DNA of 61,815 nucleotides, filler included. It is 6 parts of 6 records of this genome, joined end to end, with 100 filler letters (N's around TTAATTAATTAA, not from the genome) between each part and the next. Parts side by side here need not be neighbours in the genome. Positions count along the whole stretch, not along the records: positions 17,007 to 34,487 come from SRR20825006_2136; 5 more parts are not named here. The stretch is one strand, 5' to 3'. Made by a program: the position numbers and the translations under genes. Of this stretch, positions 19,655 through 30,692 are shown piece by piece. The notes beneath the pieces were generated by a model, which did not search any database, was not told the origin of the DNA, and saw nothing but the letters and a program-made list of their open reading frames with translations. Numbering within the stretch: position 1 is the first letter of the stretch; every line of letters begins with the position of its first letter.

Positions 19655-19930
19655 ATGGAACACGCAATGTATCTGTTTCTGAACGGCGCCGGCGGCCTGA
19701 CCCACGATGTCGCCATCTGGAAAGACTATGCCCGGAACCAGACACGGACCCGGAACCATGCTGGGGAGCCCGAAGCAACTCCGGCGAAACATTCCGGTCT
19801 CAAGGATGCGGCCGAACAGCTTCGGCGTCTTTCCCGTCACGCAAAACTCAGCGCGCAGGAAGCGAAACTGCTCTGCAAGGCGCTGACAATCGTCGAAACC
19901 GAAGCCGGTGCCCGCGGCCAGGCAGCATAG
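19655..19930 (+). CDS. Small hypothetical protein (91 aa) divergent from LysR
   Basis: GAGG SD, ATG start, own terminator downstream; fills an otherwise empty gap. Confidence 0.7.
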   Translation: MEHAMYLFLNGAGGLTHDVAIWKDYARNQTRTRNHAGEPEATPAKHSGLKDAAEQLRRLSRHAKLSAQEAKLLCKALTIVETEAGARGQAA

Positions 19931-19954
19931 AGCCTCTTATGCCAGGCCGCATGA

Positions 19955-19991
19955 GCGGGCGGTGCCACGCAAGGCGCCGCCCGTCTTTTTT
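19955..19991 (+). terminator. Rho-independent terminator
   Basis: GCGGGCGGTGCC-ACGCAA-GGCGCCGCCCGT followed by a T run. Confidence 0.8.
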
Positions 19992-20004
19992 GCCGTGCTT
20001 GCGG

Positions 20005-20943
20005 TTAACGTTTCAGCGTGCGCAGCTCACAAAACGGCGAATGCTTGGCAACAACGGTTTCCGAGGAACGCGACAGGATATCCGCCTGCGCCACCGTATA
20101 GCCCTCCGCCTCGACCAGCTTGACGATTTCCAGCAGATAGTCGAGATCCGCCTCCACCCGGGAAAGCCTGCCCGCAGCCCTGACCAGGGCCGTCCCGGCC
20201 TCGCTCAGCCGGTAGCACGGTAATGTCAGATCCGCCGCAGGATCATCGTGACTAACCCGGACAACCTTGTCCGCATAGAGCAGATTGGTCGAGAAACGGT
20301 CTTTCTTCTGCGATGAGAAAACCTTGCTCAGATCCCGGTTGGTCCGGAGAAGGCCGTACTCTTCTAGCAGCAGGATGCAATCCCCGGTCAATTCGCGCTT
20401 ACCGAAAAACTCATCGGAAAGCCTCACCAGGAAATTATTGATCCGGAATTTGGCCAGGATCGCGACCCAACGGATCATGCTGCGATTGAGCGTGCTCATG
20501 ACCCGGAAGGTGACCAGCGGGACCGTTCCGCTTTCCTCCGCTTCCATGGTGAGCAGCGCGGCCCACATTTCCTGGCCGGCCTTGTCGCCGCAATCTGATG
20601 CCGCCTCGATAAAGCGCACGCACCAATCCGGATCTACATGCCCATCCTGTGGCGTATCGCTCTTGAGCAGTGTCAAGGCGAGGGAAAAGACAGCCTCTAT
20701 ATTGCGCTGACGCCGGATATCACGTTCTTCAATCCGGGACAGGGCGCGCTCCGCAAGCCCCGCATCCTCATGGTCATCGCCCTTGCGTACTGCGTCCAAC
20801 CAGGTTCGGCCGCTTGAGCCGAGCCCGTAGGCGAGCATCTCGCTAAAACGCAGACAGGCCGGATCATAGGCTTCTACATCCGCATTCTTGGCACGGCGCG
20901 ACCGTGATTTCGCGTGAGAATTCTCGCGGTTAACGTCTGTCAT
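20005..20943 (-). CDS. DUF2806 / TIGR03899-like protein
   Basis: RRQRNIEAV...VDPDW..RF...A.D......MWA.LL..E pattern. Confidence 0.7.
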   Translation of the reverse strand: MTDVNRENSHAKSRSRRAKNADVEAYDPACLRFSEMLAYGLGSSGRTWLDAVRKGDDHEDAGLAERALSRIEERDIRRQRNIEAVFSLALTLLKSDTPQDGHVDPDWCVRFIEAASDCGDKAGQEMWAALLTMEAEESGTVPLVTFRVMSTLNRSMIRWVAILAKFRINNFLVRLSDEFFGKRELTGDCILLLEEYGLLRTNRDLSKVFSSQKKDRFSTNLLYADKVVRVSHDDPAADLTLPCYRLSEAGTALVRAAGRLSRVEADLDYLLEIVKLVEAEGYTVAQADILSRSSETVVAKHSPFCELRTLKR

Positions 20944-20959
20944 TAACACCGCCTCTTAT

Positions 20960-21715
20960 TCATAAAGACGAGACTATCACGGTTTTTTCCGCCGCAATCA
21001 GAAATTCCTGATTTCCATCACTTCCGAATATAGGTGATTCCGCCTGCCCCAGAAGTGTCCATCCGGCGTCATTTTCGAGCCAGCTCACAACATCCCGCAG
21101 GGCATCGGCCCGCGCCGCCTCGTCCCGGACAATACCGCCCTTGCCAATGCGGGCCGCCCCGACCTCAAATTGCGGTTTCACAAGCGCTACCAGCCGGGCG
21201 CCCGGCAGTGCGCAGGAAAGCGCCTGCGGTAGTGCCAGCCTGAGAGAAATGAAGCTGACATCGGACACAACCAGTCCTACCGGCTCTCCAATGGTCTCCG
21301 GCGCCAGATGACGGGCATTCAGCCGCTCATAGACCCGGACCCGGTCATCCTCGGCAAGGCGCGGGATCAGTTGCCCGTGACCGACATCGACGGCATGCAC
21401 CCGGAGCGCGCCCCGGTCCAGCAACACATCGGTAAAACCGCCGGTCGATGCCCCTATATCGAGGCAAACCAGACCGGCCGGATCGATCTTGAAAATATCG
21501 AGGGCATGTTCAAGTTTCAGCCCGGCACGGGACGCCCATCTGAGCGCGCCGTCATCGAGCCTGATATCCTGGGATTGCGAGACTTTCGCCGCGGGTTTGA
21601 CTGCGGTAACGCCATCGACACTGACCTGCCCCGCCTCGATCAGATGCCGTGCCCGGCTGCGCGTTTCGGCCAGCCCCCGCTGTACCAGGGCAAGATCGAG
21701 ACGCTCCGATGCCAT
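20960..21715 (-). CDS. tlyA: TlyA family rRNA methyltransferase
   Basis: S4 domain RLDLALVQRGL; SRAGLKL, DIGASTGGFTD, DVSFISL, LVKPQFEVG. Confidence 0.95.
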   Translation of the reverse strand: MASERLDLALVQRGLAETRSRARHLIEAGQVSVDGVTAVKPAAKVSQSQDIRLDDGALRWASRAGLKLEHALDIFKIDPAGLVCLDIGASTGGFTDVLLDRGALRVHAVDVGHGQLIPRLAEDDRVRVYERLNARHLAPETIGEPVGLVVSDVSFISLRLALPQALSCALPGARLVALVKPQFEVGAARIGKGGIVRDEAARADALRDVVSWLENDAGWTLLGQAESPIFGSDGNQEFLIAAEKTVIVSSL

Positions 21716-21722
21716 CGGCCGG

Positions 21723-23642
<1,920 letters not shown>

Positions 23643-23664
23643 GGGTCCAATTCAGCCCTGAGGC

Positions 23665-24552
23665 TCAGTGCGTGCGGTCAACGACGTATGCGGCTACCTG
23701 TTTCAGAAGGTCTGCCCGCTCACCGAATAAATCAAGGGCGCGTGCCGCTTGTTCGGCCAGCAGACGGGCCTGCGACCGGGCCCGCTCTATGCCGAGCACG
23801 GAAACGAAGGTCGCTTTTCCGGCAGCGCCATCCTGGCCGACCGGCTTGCCTGTCGTATTGGAATCACCAACAGCGTCGAGCAGATCGTCGGCGATCTGGA
23901 ATGCCAGCCCCAGCTCTTGCGCGAAGGAATGCAGGGCGTGGATGTGACGGTCCGTGGCATGTCCCATGATCGCGCCGGATGTGGCGGCGAACGCGAAAAT
24001 CTCACCGGTCTTCATCCGCTGCATGCGGGTGATGGCGCCGATATCGAATTCCTGTTCTTCCGCCAACAGATCTATCATCTGACCGCCGACCATGCCTTCC
24101 CCACCCGCCGCCTTGGCGAGCTCGGAGACCAGTTTGGCCCGGACGAAAGCATCGGAGCTGGTTTCCTCCGCCGCGAGGACCTCGAAGGCCAGCGCCTGCA
24201 ATCCGTCGCCGGCAAGGATGGCCGTCGCCTCATCGAATTTTTTATGGCAGCTCGGCCGGCCCCGGCGCAGATCGCTATCGTCCATGGCAGGCAGATCGTC
24301 ATGGATCAGTGAATAGCAATGCAGAAACTCGACGGCCGCACCGACCCGCAAGGCGCACCGTTCATCGACGGCAAACATCTTGGCGGACTGCGTAACGATG
24401 AAAGGCCGCAACCGTTTGCCGCCGCCCAGGCAGGAATAGCGCATGGCCTGAAACACACGTGCTTCAGCGTCATCCGCTTTCGGCAGCAGGAATTCCATTA
24501 CGCGCTCAACCTCGCGCGCGGTCGTCGCGATCGCGTCTTCAAGCTGGGTCAT
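23665..24552 (-). CDS. ispA: Farnesyl diphosphate synthase / polyprenyl synthetase
   Basis: GGKRLRP, SLIHDDLPAMD, RRGRP, FQIADDLLD. Confidence 0.95.
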   Translation of the reverse strand: MTQLEDAIATTAREVERVMEFLLPKADDAEARVFQAMRYSCLGGGKRLRPFIVTQSAKMFAVDERCALRVGAAVEFLHCYSLIHDDLPAMDDSDLRRGRPSCHKKFDEATAILAGDGLQALAFEVLAAEETSSDAFVRAKLVSELAKAAGGEGMVGGQMIDLLAEEQEFDIGAITRMQRMKTGEIFAFAATSGAIMGHATDRHIHALHSFAQELGLAFQIADDLLDAVGDSNTTGKPVGQDGAAGKATFVSVLGIERARSQARLLAEQAARALDLFGERADLLKQVAAYVVDRTH

Positions 24553-24593
24553 GTGCGGTGGCGATCCTGATCTGTGTCGGGAGAATGTGCGGC

Positions 24594-24842
24594 TCAGGCT
24601 TCGAACGGCTCGGCGGACACGGCGCCGTCAGCATCCGATTTCCGGATCTTTTCGACCTTCATGCGCGCTTCGTCCAGCTTCTTCTGGCAGTGGGATTTCA
24701 GCTCCGCCCCGCGTGCATAGGCATTGATGGCGTCGTCCAAAGTCCCGCTGCCTGATTCGAGTTTGCCGACGATCTCTTCAAGCTGAGTCAGCGCCTCTTC
24801 AAAGCTGAGGCCTTTGATTTCAGGGGTAGGTGTCTCACTCAC
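24594..24842 (-). CDS. xseB: Exodeoxyribonuclease VII small subunit
   Basis: LSFEEALTQLEEIVGKLESG; GTG start with AAGGAG SD; upstream of ispA. Confidence 0.93.
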   Translation of the reverse strand: MSETPTPEIKGLSFEEALTQLEEIVGKLESGSGTLDDAINAYARGAELKSHCQKKLDEARMKVEKIRKSDADGAVSAEPFEA

Positions 24843-24921
24843 GTCGGTCTCCTTCGGGCCAGAGCCCGACAATAGGCGCGGGGAGCCCCCGATACAAGGG
24901 AGCCCCGCCCGCTTTTCAATG

Positions 24922-25851
24922 TCAGCCGGCGCTCATCAAACTGCGCACATGAGCCGCTGTCGACTCCGCCAATGCCTCAAGGTCATAACCGCCCTCAAGC
25001 GTGGAGACGATCTTGCCGTCGCAGACAAGGTCCGCCACCCGCATGAGTTCCTCCGTCACCCAGGAGAAATCCTCTTCCGTCAGGCAGAGCGAGGCCAATG
25101 GATCATCAATATGAGCGTCGAATCCGGCAGAAATCATCAAGAGCTCGGGCTGGAATTCGATCAGGGCCGGGGAAATGATCTCGGTAATGGCCGCCCGGAA
25201 CTGCTCGCTGCCGGACATCGGCGGCAGAGGGACATTCACGATATTACCGACACCGCGCTCGCTCTGATGACCGGTTCCCGGAAACAACGGCGCCTGATGG
25301 GTCGATGCATAGAAGACCCCGCCATCCGCCTCGAAAATCGCCTGGGTGCCGTTACCATGATGCACATCGAAATCGACAATCGCGACGCGCCGCAACCCGT
25401 GCGCCGCGCGAGCATGCTCGGCCCCGACGGCAATCTGGTTGAAAAAGCAGAAGCCCATGGGCGTACGCGGCTCCGCATGGTGACCCGGCGGACGCATGGC
25501 ACAGAATGCATTCTGTGCCTCGCCGCCGAGCACGGCATCGACGGCGGCGCAAACGGCCCCTGAGCTGCGCAGGATAGCCTCGCCGGTGCCCGGCGACATC
25601 ACCGTATCCCCGTCGATCGACCGCTCGCCGGTCTCGGGCACCGCCTCCAGAATGGCTTCCACATAATCGCGGGGATGCGCCCTGGCGATCTGATCGACGG
25701 TGGCTTTAGGAGACTCCCGGCGTTCAAGCCCGTTGAACTCCTCGGCGGACAGGGCTGTCAGCACGGCTTTCAGGCGCGCCGGATGTTCCGGGTGCATGCG
25801 GCCCGGGTCATGTCCAAAACTATCCGCATGGGTATACAGAATCGTCCCCAT
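24922..25851 (-). CDS. Histone deacetylase family (acetyl-lysine/polyamine deacetylase)
   Basis: HPEHPARL, RPPGHHA, GFCFFN, DFDVHHGNGTQ, SAGFDAH, LEGGY. Confidence 0.95.
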   Translation of the reverse strand: MGTILYTHADSFGHDPGRMHPEHPARLKAVLTALSAEEFNGLERRESPKATVDQIARAHPRDYVEAILEAVPETGERSIDGDTVMSPGTGEAILRSSGAVCAAVDAVLGGEAQNAFCAMRPPGHHAEPRTPMGFCFFNQIAVGAEHARAAHGLRRVAIVDFDVHHGNGTQAIFEADGGVFYASTHQAPLFPGTGHQSERGVGNIVNVPLPPMSGSEQFRAAITEIISPALIEFQPELLMISAGFDAHIDDPLASLCLTEEDFSWVTEELMRVADLVCDGKIVSTLEGGYDLEALAESTAAHVRSLMSAG

Positions 25852-26099
25852 GTCCTACCTCCCCAACTTTTTCCGGTCACCAGCGACGGATTTTATCTCG
25901 TCCTTCGTTCTTACCAAGAAGGCCGGAGCTGCATCCAGCATCAACTTGCCGCGAGATAGCTCAAATCCCTCATTGATTTAATTGCGATTGGAAAAGATAC
26001 CCGGCAAAATAGAGCCATCTCCGCTCCCTCCAGAGAAACCAGCCTTGATTTCACCGATGCGGACCTCGTGAGCTCTTGGCGTCAAAAGGCGTGCGCGAA

Positions 26100-27233
26100 A
26101 TGCCAGTACTGATGAAGAACCTTCGTTTTGGTCTCCTTTTCCCGGCACTCGCGGCCGTTCTGATTGCTTTGACACCAGCCCCGGCATCGGCTCAGGCCAA
26201 GACCAAGGCAAGCCCGGTTGAAGTCGATGAGGTTCGCGAGGACACGCTGACCCAGACGGCCCCATTCACTGCCCGCTTCGTTGCCGTGCAGCTTGGCCCC
26301 GTGGCGACGCGCATATCCGAACGGGTCGCCGATATTGAGGTCCGCGCCGGCGAACGGGTCGAAAAAGGCGCCGTCCTCGCCCGGCTTTCCGACAATCGCC
26401 TCAGGGCTGAGCGGCAGCTCAAGGCCTCCGAAGTGAAAAAGGCGGAAGCCCAGCGCGCCCGCGCAGCGGCCAACCGCGCCAAGGCACAGCAAACCCTGGC
26501 ACGGACAGAACAATTGCGCGGTTCGAACGCTTTCCGCATGAACGCGCTCGAAGATGCCCAGCGCGATCTGGAAGCCTCGGTTGCCAGTTACACAGAGGCC
26601 GAAGCCGAAACCGCGCGGGTTCGTGCAGAGCTGGAGCTGGCCGATATTGCCCTCGCCGACGCCTCCATTCTCGCGCCGTATAATGGCGTCATCCTCGCCC
26701 GTCATGTCGTCACGGGCGATTACGTTCAGGCGGGCGATGCCATCGTGACCCTGATGAACGACAGGGATCTGGAAATCGAGGCCGATATCCCGGCCCAGCG
26801 CCTGACCGGCCTCTATCCCGGCGTGCAGATCAAGGCAATGCTGCAAAACGGACAAGCGCTCGACGTCGCGGTCCGCGCGATCATCCCGGAAGAAAACCCC
26901 CGCACCCGCAGCCGCGCCGTTCGTTTCTCGGCGGCCTTGCCGGAGGATTCTGTCCGGATTGCAGAGAACCAGAGCGTCACGGTTCATATTCCGATCGGCA
27001 TGGTGCGGCAGGTCGTCAGCGTCCACAAAGACGCGCTGCTGCTCGATGGCCGCCAACCACGGGTTTATGTGGTGACGGATGGCACGGTGGAAATGCGTCC
27101 GGTCACGATCGGCGAATCTCTCGGCACCCGGTTTGAAGTGACGGATGGCCTCGCCATTGGCGAGGTCGTCGTGATCAAGGGGAATGAACGTCTGCGTCCC
27201 GGCGAGCCGGTGGCCGTTCAGGTCAAGGGCTAA
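26100..27233 (+). CDS. RND efflux periplasmic adaptor (membrane fusion protein)
   Basis: Signal peptide; lipoyl halves (GERVEKGAVLARL, ILAPYNGVI) around a coiled-coil hairpin. Confidence 0.92.
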   Translation: MPVLMKNLRFGLLFPALAAVLIALTPAPASAQAKTKASPVEVDEVREDTLTQTAPFTARFVAVQLGPVATRISERVADIEVRAGERVEKGAVLARLSDNRLRAERQLKASEVKKAEAQRARAAANRAKAQQTLARTEQLRGSNAFRMNALEDAQRDLEASVASYTEAEAETARVRAELELADIALADASILAPYNGVILARHVVTGDYVQAGDAIVTLMNDRDLEIEADIPAQRLTGLYPGVQIKAMLQNGQALDVAVRAIIPEENPRTRSRAVRFSAALPEDSVRIAENQSVTVHIPIGMVRQVVSVHKDALLLDGRQPRVYVVTDGTVEMRPVTIGESLGTRFEVTDGLAIGEVVVIKGNERLRPGEPVAVQVKG

Positions 27234-27237
27234 GCCG

Positions 27238-30200
27238 ATGGACACATTGATCCGGCACGCCATCCAGCGCCCCGTCGCGGTGCTGGCCATTGTCATGATG
27301 ATCGTGATGTTCGGCATCGTTGCCCTGCAAAGCATCCCGATCCAGCTGGCGCCCGATGTGAACAGACCGGTGATCACGGTCACGACCTACTGGAACGGAG
27401 CCGCTCCGGCAGAGATCGAACGCGAGATCATCAACCGGCAGGAAGACGAGCTGCGCGGCCTCGAAGCATTGGAATCGATGATTTCAAGCTCCGAAGATGG
27501 GCGCGGCCGGATCACGATGGAATTCTCGCCCGGCACCGACATGGACAAGTCGCTGCTGCTTGTCTCCAACCGGCTGGACCGGGTCGGCAATTATCCGGAC
27601 GAAGTGGATGAGCCAACATTCCAGACGGCCGGCTCCGAAGACAATGCCATCGCCTGGGCGGTAATCCTGCGCAAGGACGGCAACGACACTCCCATGCACA
27701 CTTACGGCGACTTCGCCGAAGATTATGTCAAAGCCCGGATCGAACGGATTTCCGGGATCGGTGAAGCCCGCATCTATGGCGGTGCCGAGCGGGAAATGAG
27801 GGTGGAAGTCGACCCGCAATTGCTCGCCCAGTACCAATTGACCATTCCGGATGTGCTCGGCTCCCTGCGCGCGGCAAACGCCTCGATTTCAGCCGGAGCC
27901 GTCGATGAAGGCAAGCGCCGTTACGTGGTCCGTACGGAAGGCGATTTCAAAAACATCGACAATGTCCGCGGCGTTGTCCTGCGCTCGATAGAAGACCCGA
28001 TGACCGGCCGCGTCGCCCGCGTTACCGTCTCCGACGTGGCCTCGGTCAGCATCGGCTATAAGGATCCTGTCGCGCGCATCCGGCAATTCGGCACACCGGC
28101 GCTCGCAGTGCCGATGTACCGGGAGACCGGGGCCAACGTGATCGAGGTAATGACCGAGGTCCGCAAAGCCATCGACGAGTTGAACAAGGGATATCTCGCC
28201 ACCCGGGACCTGGAGATGATCCAGGTCTACGACGAGACCACCTATATCAATTCCTCCATCGATCTGGTGCGCCAGAATATCTGGGTCGGCGGCATTCTGG
28301 CCGCGATGGTGCTCTATCTGTTCCTGCGCAGCGGCAACGCCACGCTGGTTGTCAGCCTGGCAATCCCGGTTTCCATCATCGGCTCGTTCGTCGCCATGGC
28401 CGCGCTTGGCCGCTCGATCAACGTCATCTCGCTGGCCGGTATCGCCTTCGCCGTCGGCATGGTGGTCGATGCGGCCATCGTCGTGCTGGAGAATATTTTC
28501 CGCCTGCGGCAACTCGGCCACTCTCCGAACGAGGCCGCCTATCGTGGTGCCCAGCAGGTCTGGGGCGCGGTGCTGGTGTCCTCCCTGACAACGGTCATGG
28601 TGTTCATTCCGATCCTGGTCATGGAACTGGAAGTCGGGCAGCTGTTCCGGGATATCGCCGTCGCCATCTCGGTCGCGGTCTGTCTTTCCCTGGTCGTCTC
28701 CGCAACCGTCGTCCCGGCCCTTGCCAGCCGTTTGCTGAAGAACGAAATCGGCGACCTGAGCGCGGCGCGGCGTCTGCCACTGGTTGATTCTTTTGCCCAT
28801 GCTTTCGTGGCCACCGTCATGAAGCAGACCCGCGCCGTGGTGAAAAACCGGGCCCTCGCCCTCACCGTCATTGCCGGAATGACCGTCGGCAGCATCGCCG
28901 CGACATGGGCCATGCTGCCCGAACTCGACTATCTGCCGGAAGGCAACCGCAACCTGATCATCGGCTTCGTCAAACCACCGCCCGGCTACAATCTCGACAC
29001 CATGTCCGCGATCGCCACGAAGCTGGAAAACGCGACCAAGCCGATCTGGGATTTCGACGGAACAAGACCCGTCGCCGAAGACGGCACACCGACCATGTCG
29101 CGCTTCTTCTTCGTCGCGCTACGCGCCAATGTCATCGTCGGCTCCGCGGCGTCCGACCCGACCCGGGCCAAAGAGCTGATACCGGTGCTCCGCCGCTCGC
29201 TTTTCACGGAACCCGGAACCTTCGGATTCTTCCGCCAGAGCTCCCTCTTCGGGCGTGGTGTCGGCGGGTCAAATTCGATCGATCTGGATATTTCCGGCGG
29301 CGAACTGGAAGAACTGACCGAGATCGCCCAGAAAACCTTCTTCAAGGTCAGCCAGGCCTTTCCCCAGGAGGAAGGCACACAGATACGTCCCCAGCCGTCC
29401 CTGTCGCTTGGCGCGCCTGAAGTGCGCGTGGTCCCCAACCGCACCCTGCTGGCGGACAATGGCGTCTCGGCCCGCGATCTGGGCTTTACGGTCGATGCCT
29501 ACAATGACGGCATCCGGGTGGCGGAAATCACCGTTCAGGGCGAGCGTATCGACCTGACGCTGACCGGTCCGGAAGACCATATCGTGCAAACCCAGGGCGT
29601 GGCGGACCTGCCTGTGGTGACCAGCGAGGGCAAGATCGTGCCGGCGGGCTCCCTTGCGAACGTCATGGTGACAACCGGCCCGACGGAAATCCGCCATGTC
29701 GCGCGCGAACGAACCATCACCCTCACCGTCTCGCCCCCCTCCGGCATGCCGCTGGAAGGTGCACTGAACAGGATGCGGGATGAAGTCATCACCCCGATGG
29801 AAGCGGACGGGCTGCCGCCGGGCGTGAGCATCCGCATGTCCGGAACGGCTGATAAACTGGCGCAGACCTGGAACGAGATGGTGGTCGATCTGGTGATGGC
29901 CCTGGTCATCGTCTACCTGGTCATGGCCGTCCTGTTCGAGAGCTTCTTCTATCCGTTGGTCATCATCTTCTCGGTTCCTCTGGCAACGGCCGGCGGCGTG
30001 GTCGGACTGGCGACCCTCAACGTCTTCATCCGTCAGAATCTCGACATGCTGACCCTGCTCGGCTTCGTCATCCTGATCGGCATCGTGGTGAACAACGCGA
30101 TCCTGCTGGTGCACCAGACACTTCATCACATACGCGAGGACGGCATGGAATCCGGCGCGGCGATCATCGAGGCGACACGAAACCGCATCCGGCCGATCTT

Positions 30201-30447
30201 CATGTCGACATTGACCAGCGTTCTCGGGATGCTCCCTCTTGTGGTGTTCCCCGGTGCCGGCTCGGAACTCTATCGCGGGCTTGGGTCCGTCGTGATCGGC
30301 GGCCTCTCTCTCTCCGCCGTGCTGACGCTCGCCATCATCCCACCCTTGCTGTCCCTCTGCCTTGCTCTCGTGGAACCCGGAAAACAGGTTACGGACGAAG
30401 CGTCCGGGCGCCCGGCAGACAAGCCGGACAGCCAGGCCGCAGAGTAA
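27238..30447 (+). CDS. RND efflux permease (AcrB/AcrD/AcrF family)
   Basis: About 1070 aa; INVISLAGIAFAVGMVVDAAIVVLENI; GIVVNNAILLV; RIRPIFMSTLT. Confidence 0.95.
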   Translation: MDTLIRHAIQRPVAVLAIVMMIVMFGIVALQSIPIQLAPDVNRPVITVTTYWNGAAPAEIEREIINRQEDELRGLEALESMISSSEDGRGRITMEFSPGTDMDKSLLLVSNRLDRVGNYPDEVDEPTFQTAGSEDNAIAWAVILRKDGNDTPMHTYGDFAEDYVKARIERISGIGEARIYGGAEREMRVEVDPQLLAQYQLTIPDVLGSLRAANASISAGAVDEGKRRYVVRTEGDFKNIDNVRGVVLRSIEDPMTGRVARVTVSDVASVSIGYKDPVARIRQFGTPALAVPMYRETGANVIEVMTEVRKAIDELNKGYLATRDLEMIQVYDETTYINSSIDLVRQNIWVGGILAAMVLYLFLRSGNATLVVSLAIPVSIIGSFVAMAALGRSINVISLAGIAFAVGMVVDAAIVVLENIFRLRQLGHSPNEAAYRGAQQVWGAVLVSSLTTVMVFIPILVMELEVGQLFRDIAVAISVAVCLSLVVSATVVPALASRLLKNEIGDLSAARRLPLVDSFAHAFVATVMKQTRAVVKNRALALTVIAGMTVGSIAATWAMLPELDYLPEGNRNLIIGFVKPPPGYNLDTMSAIATKLENATKPIWDFDGTRPVAEDGTPTMSRFFFVALRANVIVGSAASDPTRAKELIPVLRRSLFTEPGTFGFFRQSSLFGRGVGGSNSIDLDISGGELEELTEIAQKTFFKVSQAFPQEEGTQIRPQPSLSLGAPEVRVVPNRTLLADNGVSARDLGFTVDAYNDGIRVAEITVQGERIDLTLTGPEDHIVQTQGVADLPVVTSEGKIVPAGSLANVMVTTGPTEIRHVARERTITLTVSPPSGMPLEGALNRMRDEVITPMEADGLPPGVSIRMSGTADKLAQTWNEMVVDLVMALVIVYLVMAVLFESFFYPLVIIFSVPLATAGGVVGLATLNVFIRQNLDMLTLLGFVILIGIVVNNAILLVHQTLHHIREDGMESGAAIIEATRNRIRPIFMSTLTSVLGMLPLVVFPGAGSELYRGLGSVVIGGLSLSAVLTLAIIPPLLSLCLALVEPGKQVTDEASGRPADKPDSQAAE

Positions 30448-30692
30448 GATCGGGGCACCAGGAAACATAAACGCCCAAAAAACGTCTAGAATTTTTGAGT
30501 AAATTTTATCTACATTAACGTAAGGCACTAAATACGCAGTTCCATTTGGGAATGCGAAGGTGCTCCAGACTGCAGACTGGCTGATGGCGCTTCCACACAT
30601 GCCATCCGGCGGCTATTGTTCAGTGTGGAATTTTACATAAGTTTACACGCGCTCCCGCAAGAGCGTCTTGAACATGGACACGGTTCGCTGAA

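Noticed and set aside
30523-30538. AGGCAC-TAAAT-ACGCA as a sigma-54 promoter for the pentapeptide gene
   Set aside because: GG-N10-GC spacing fits but the -12 element departs from TTGC; too weak without other support
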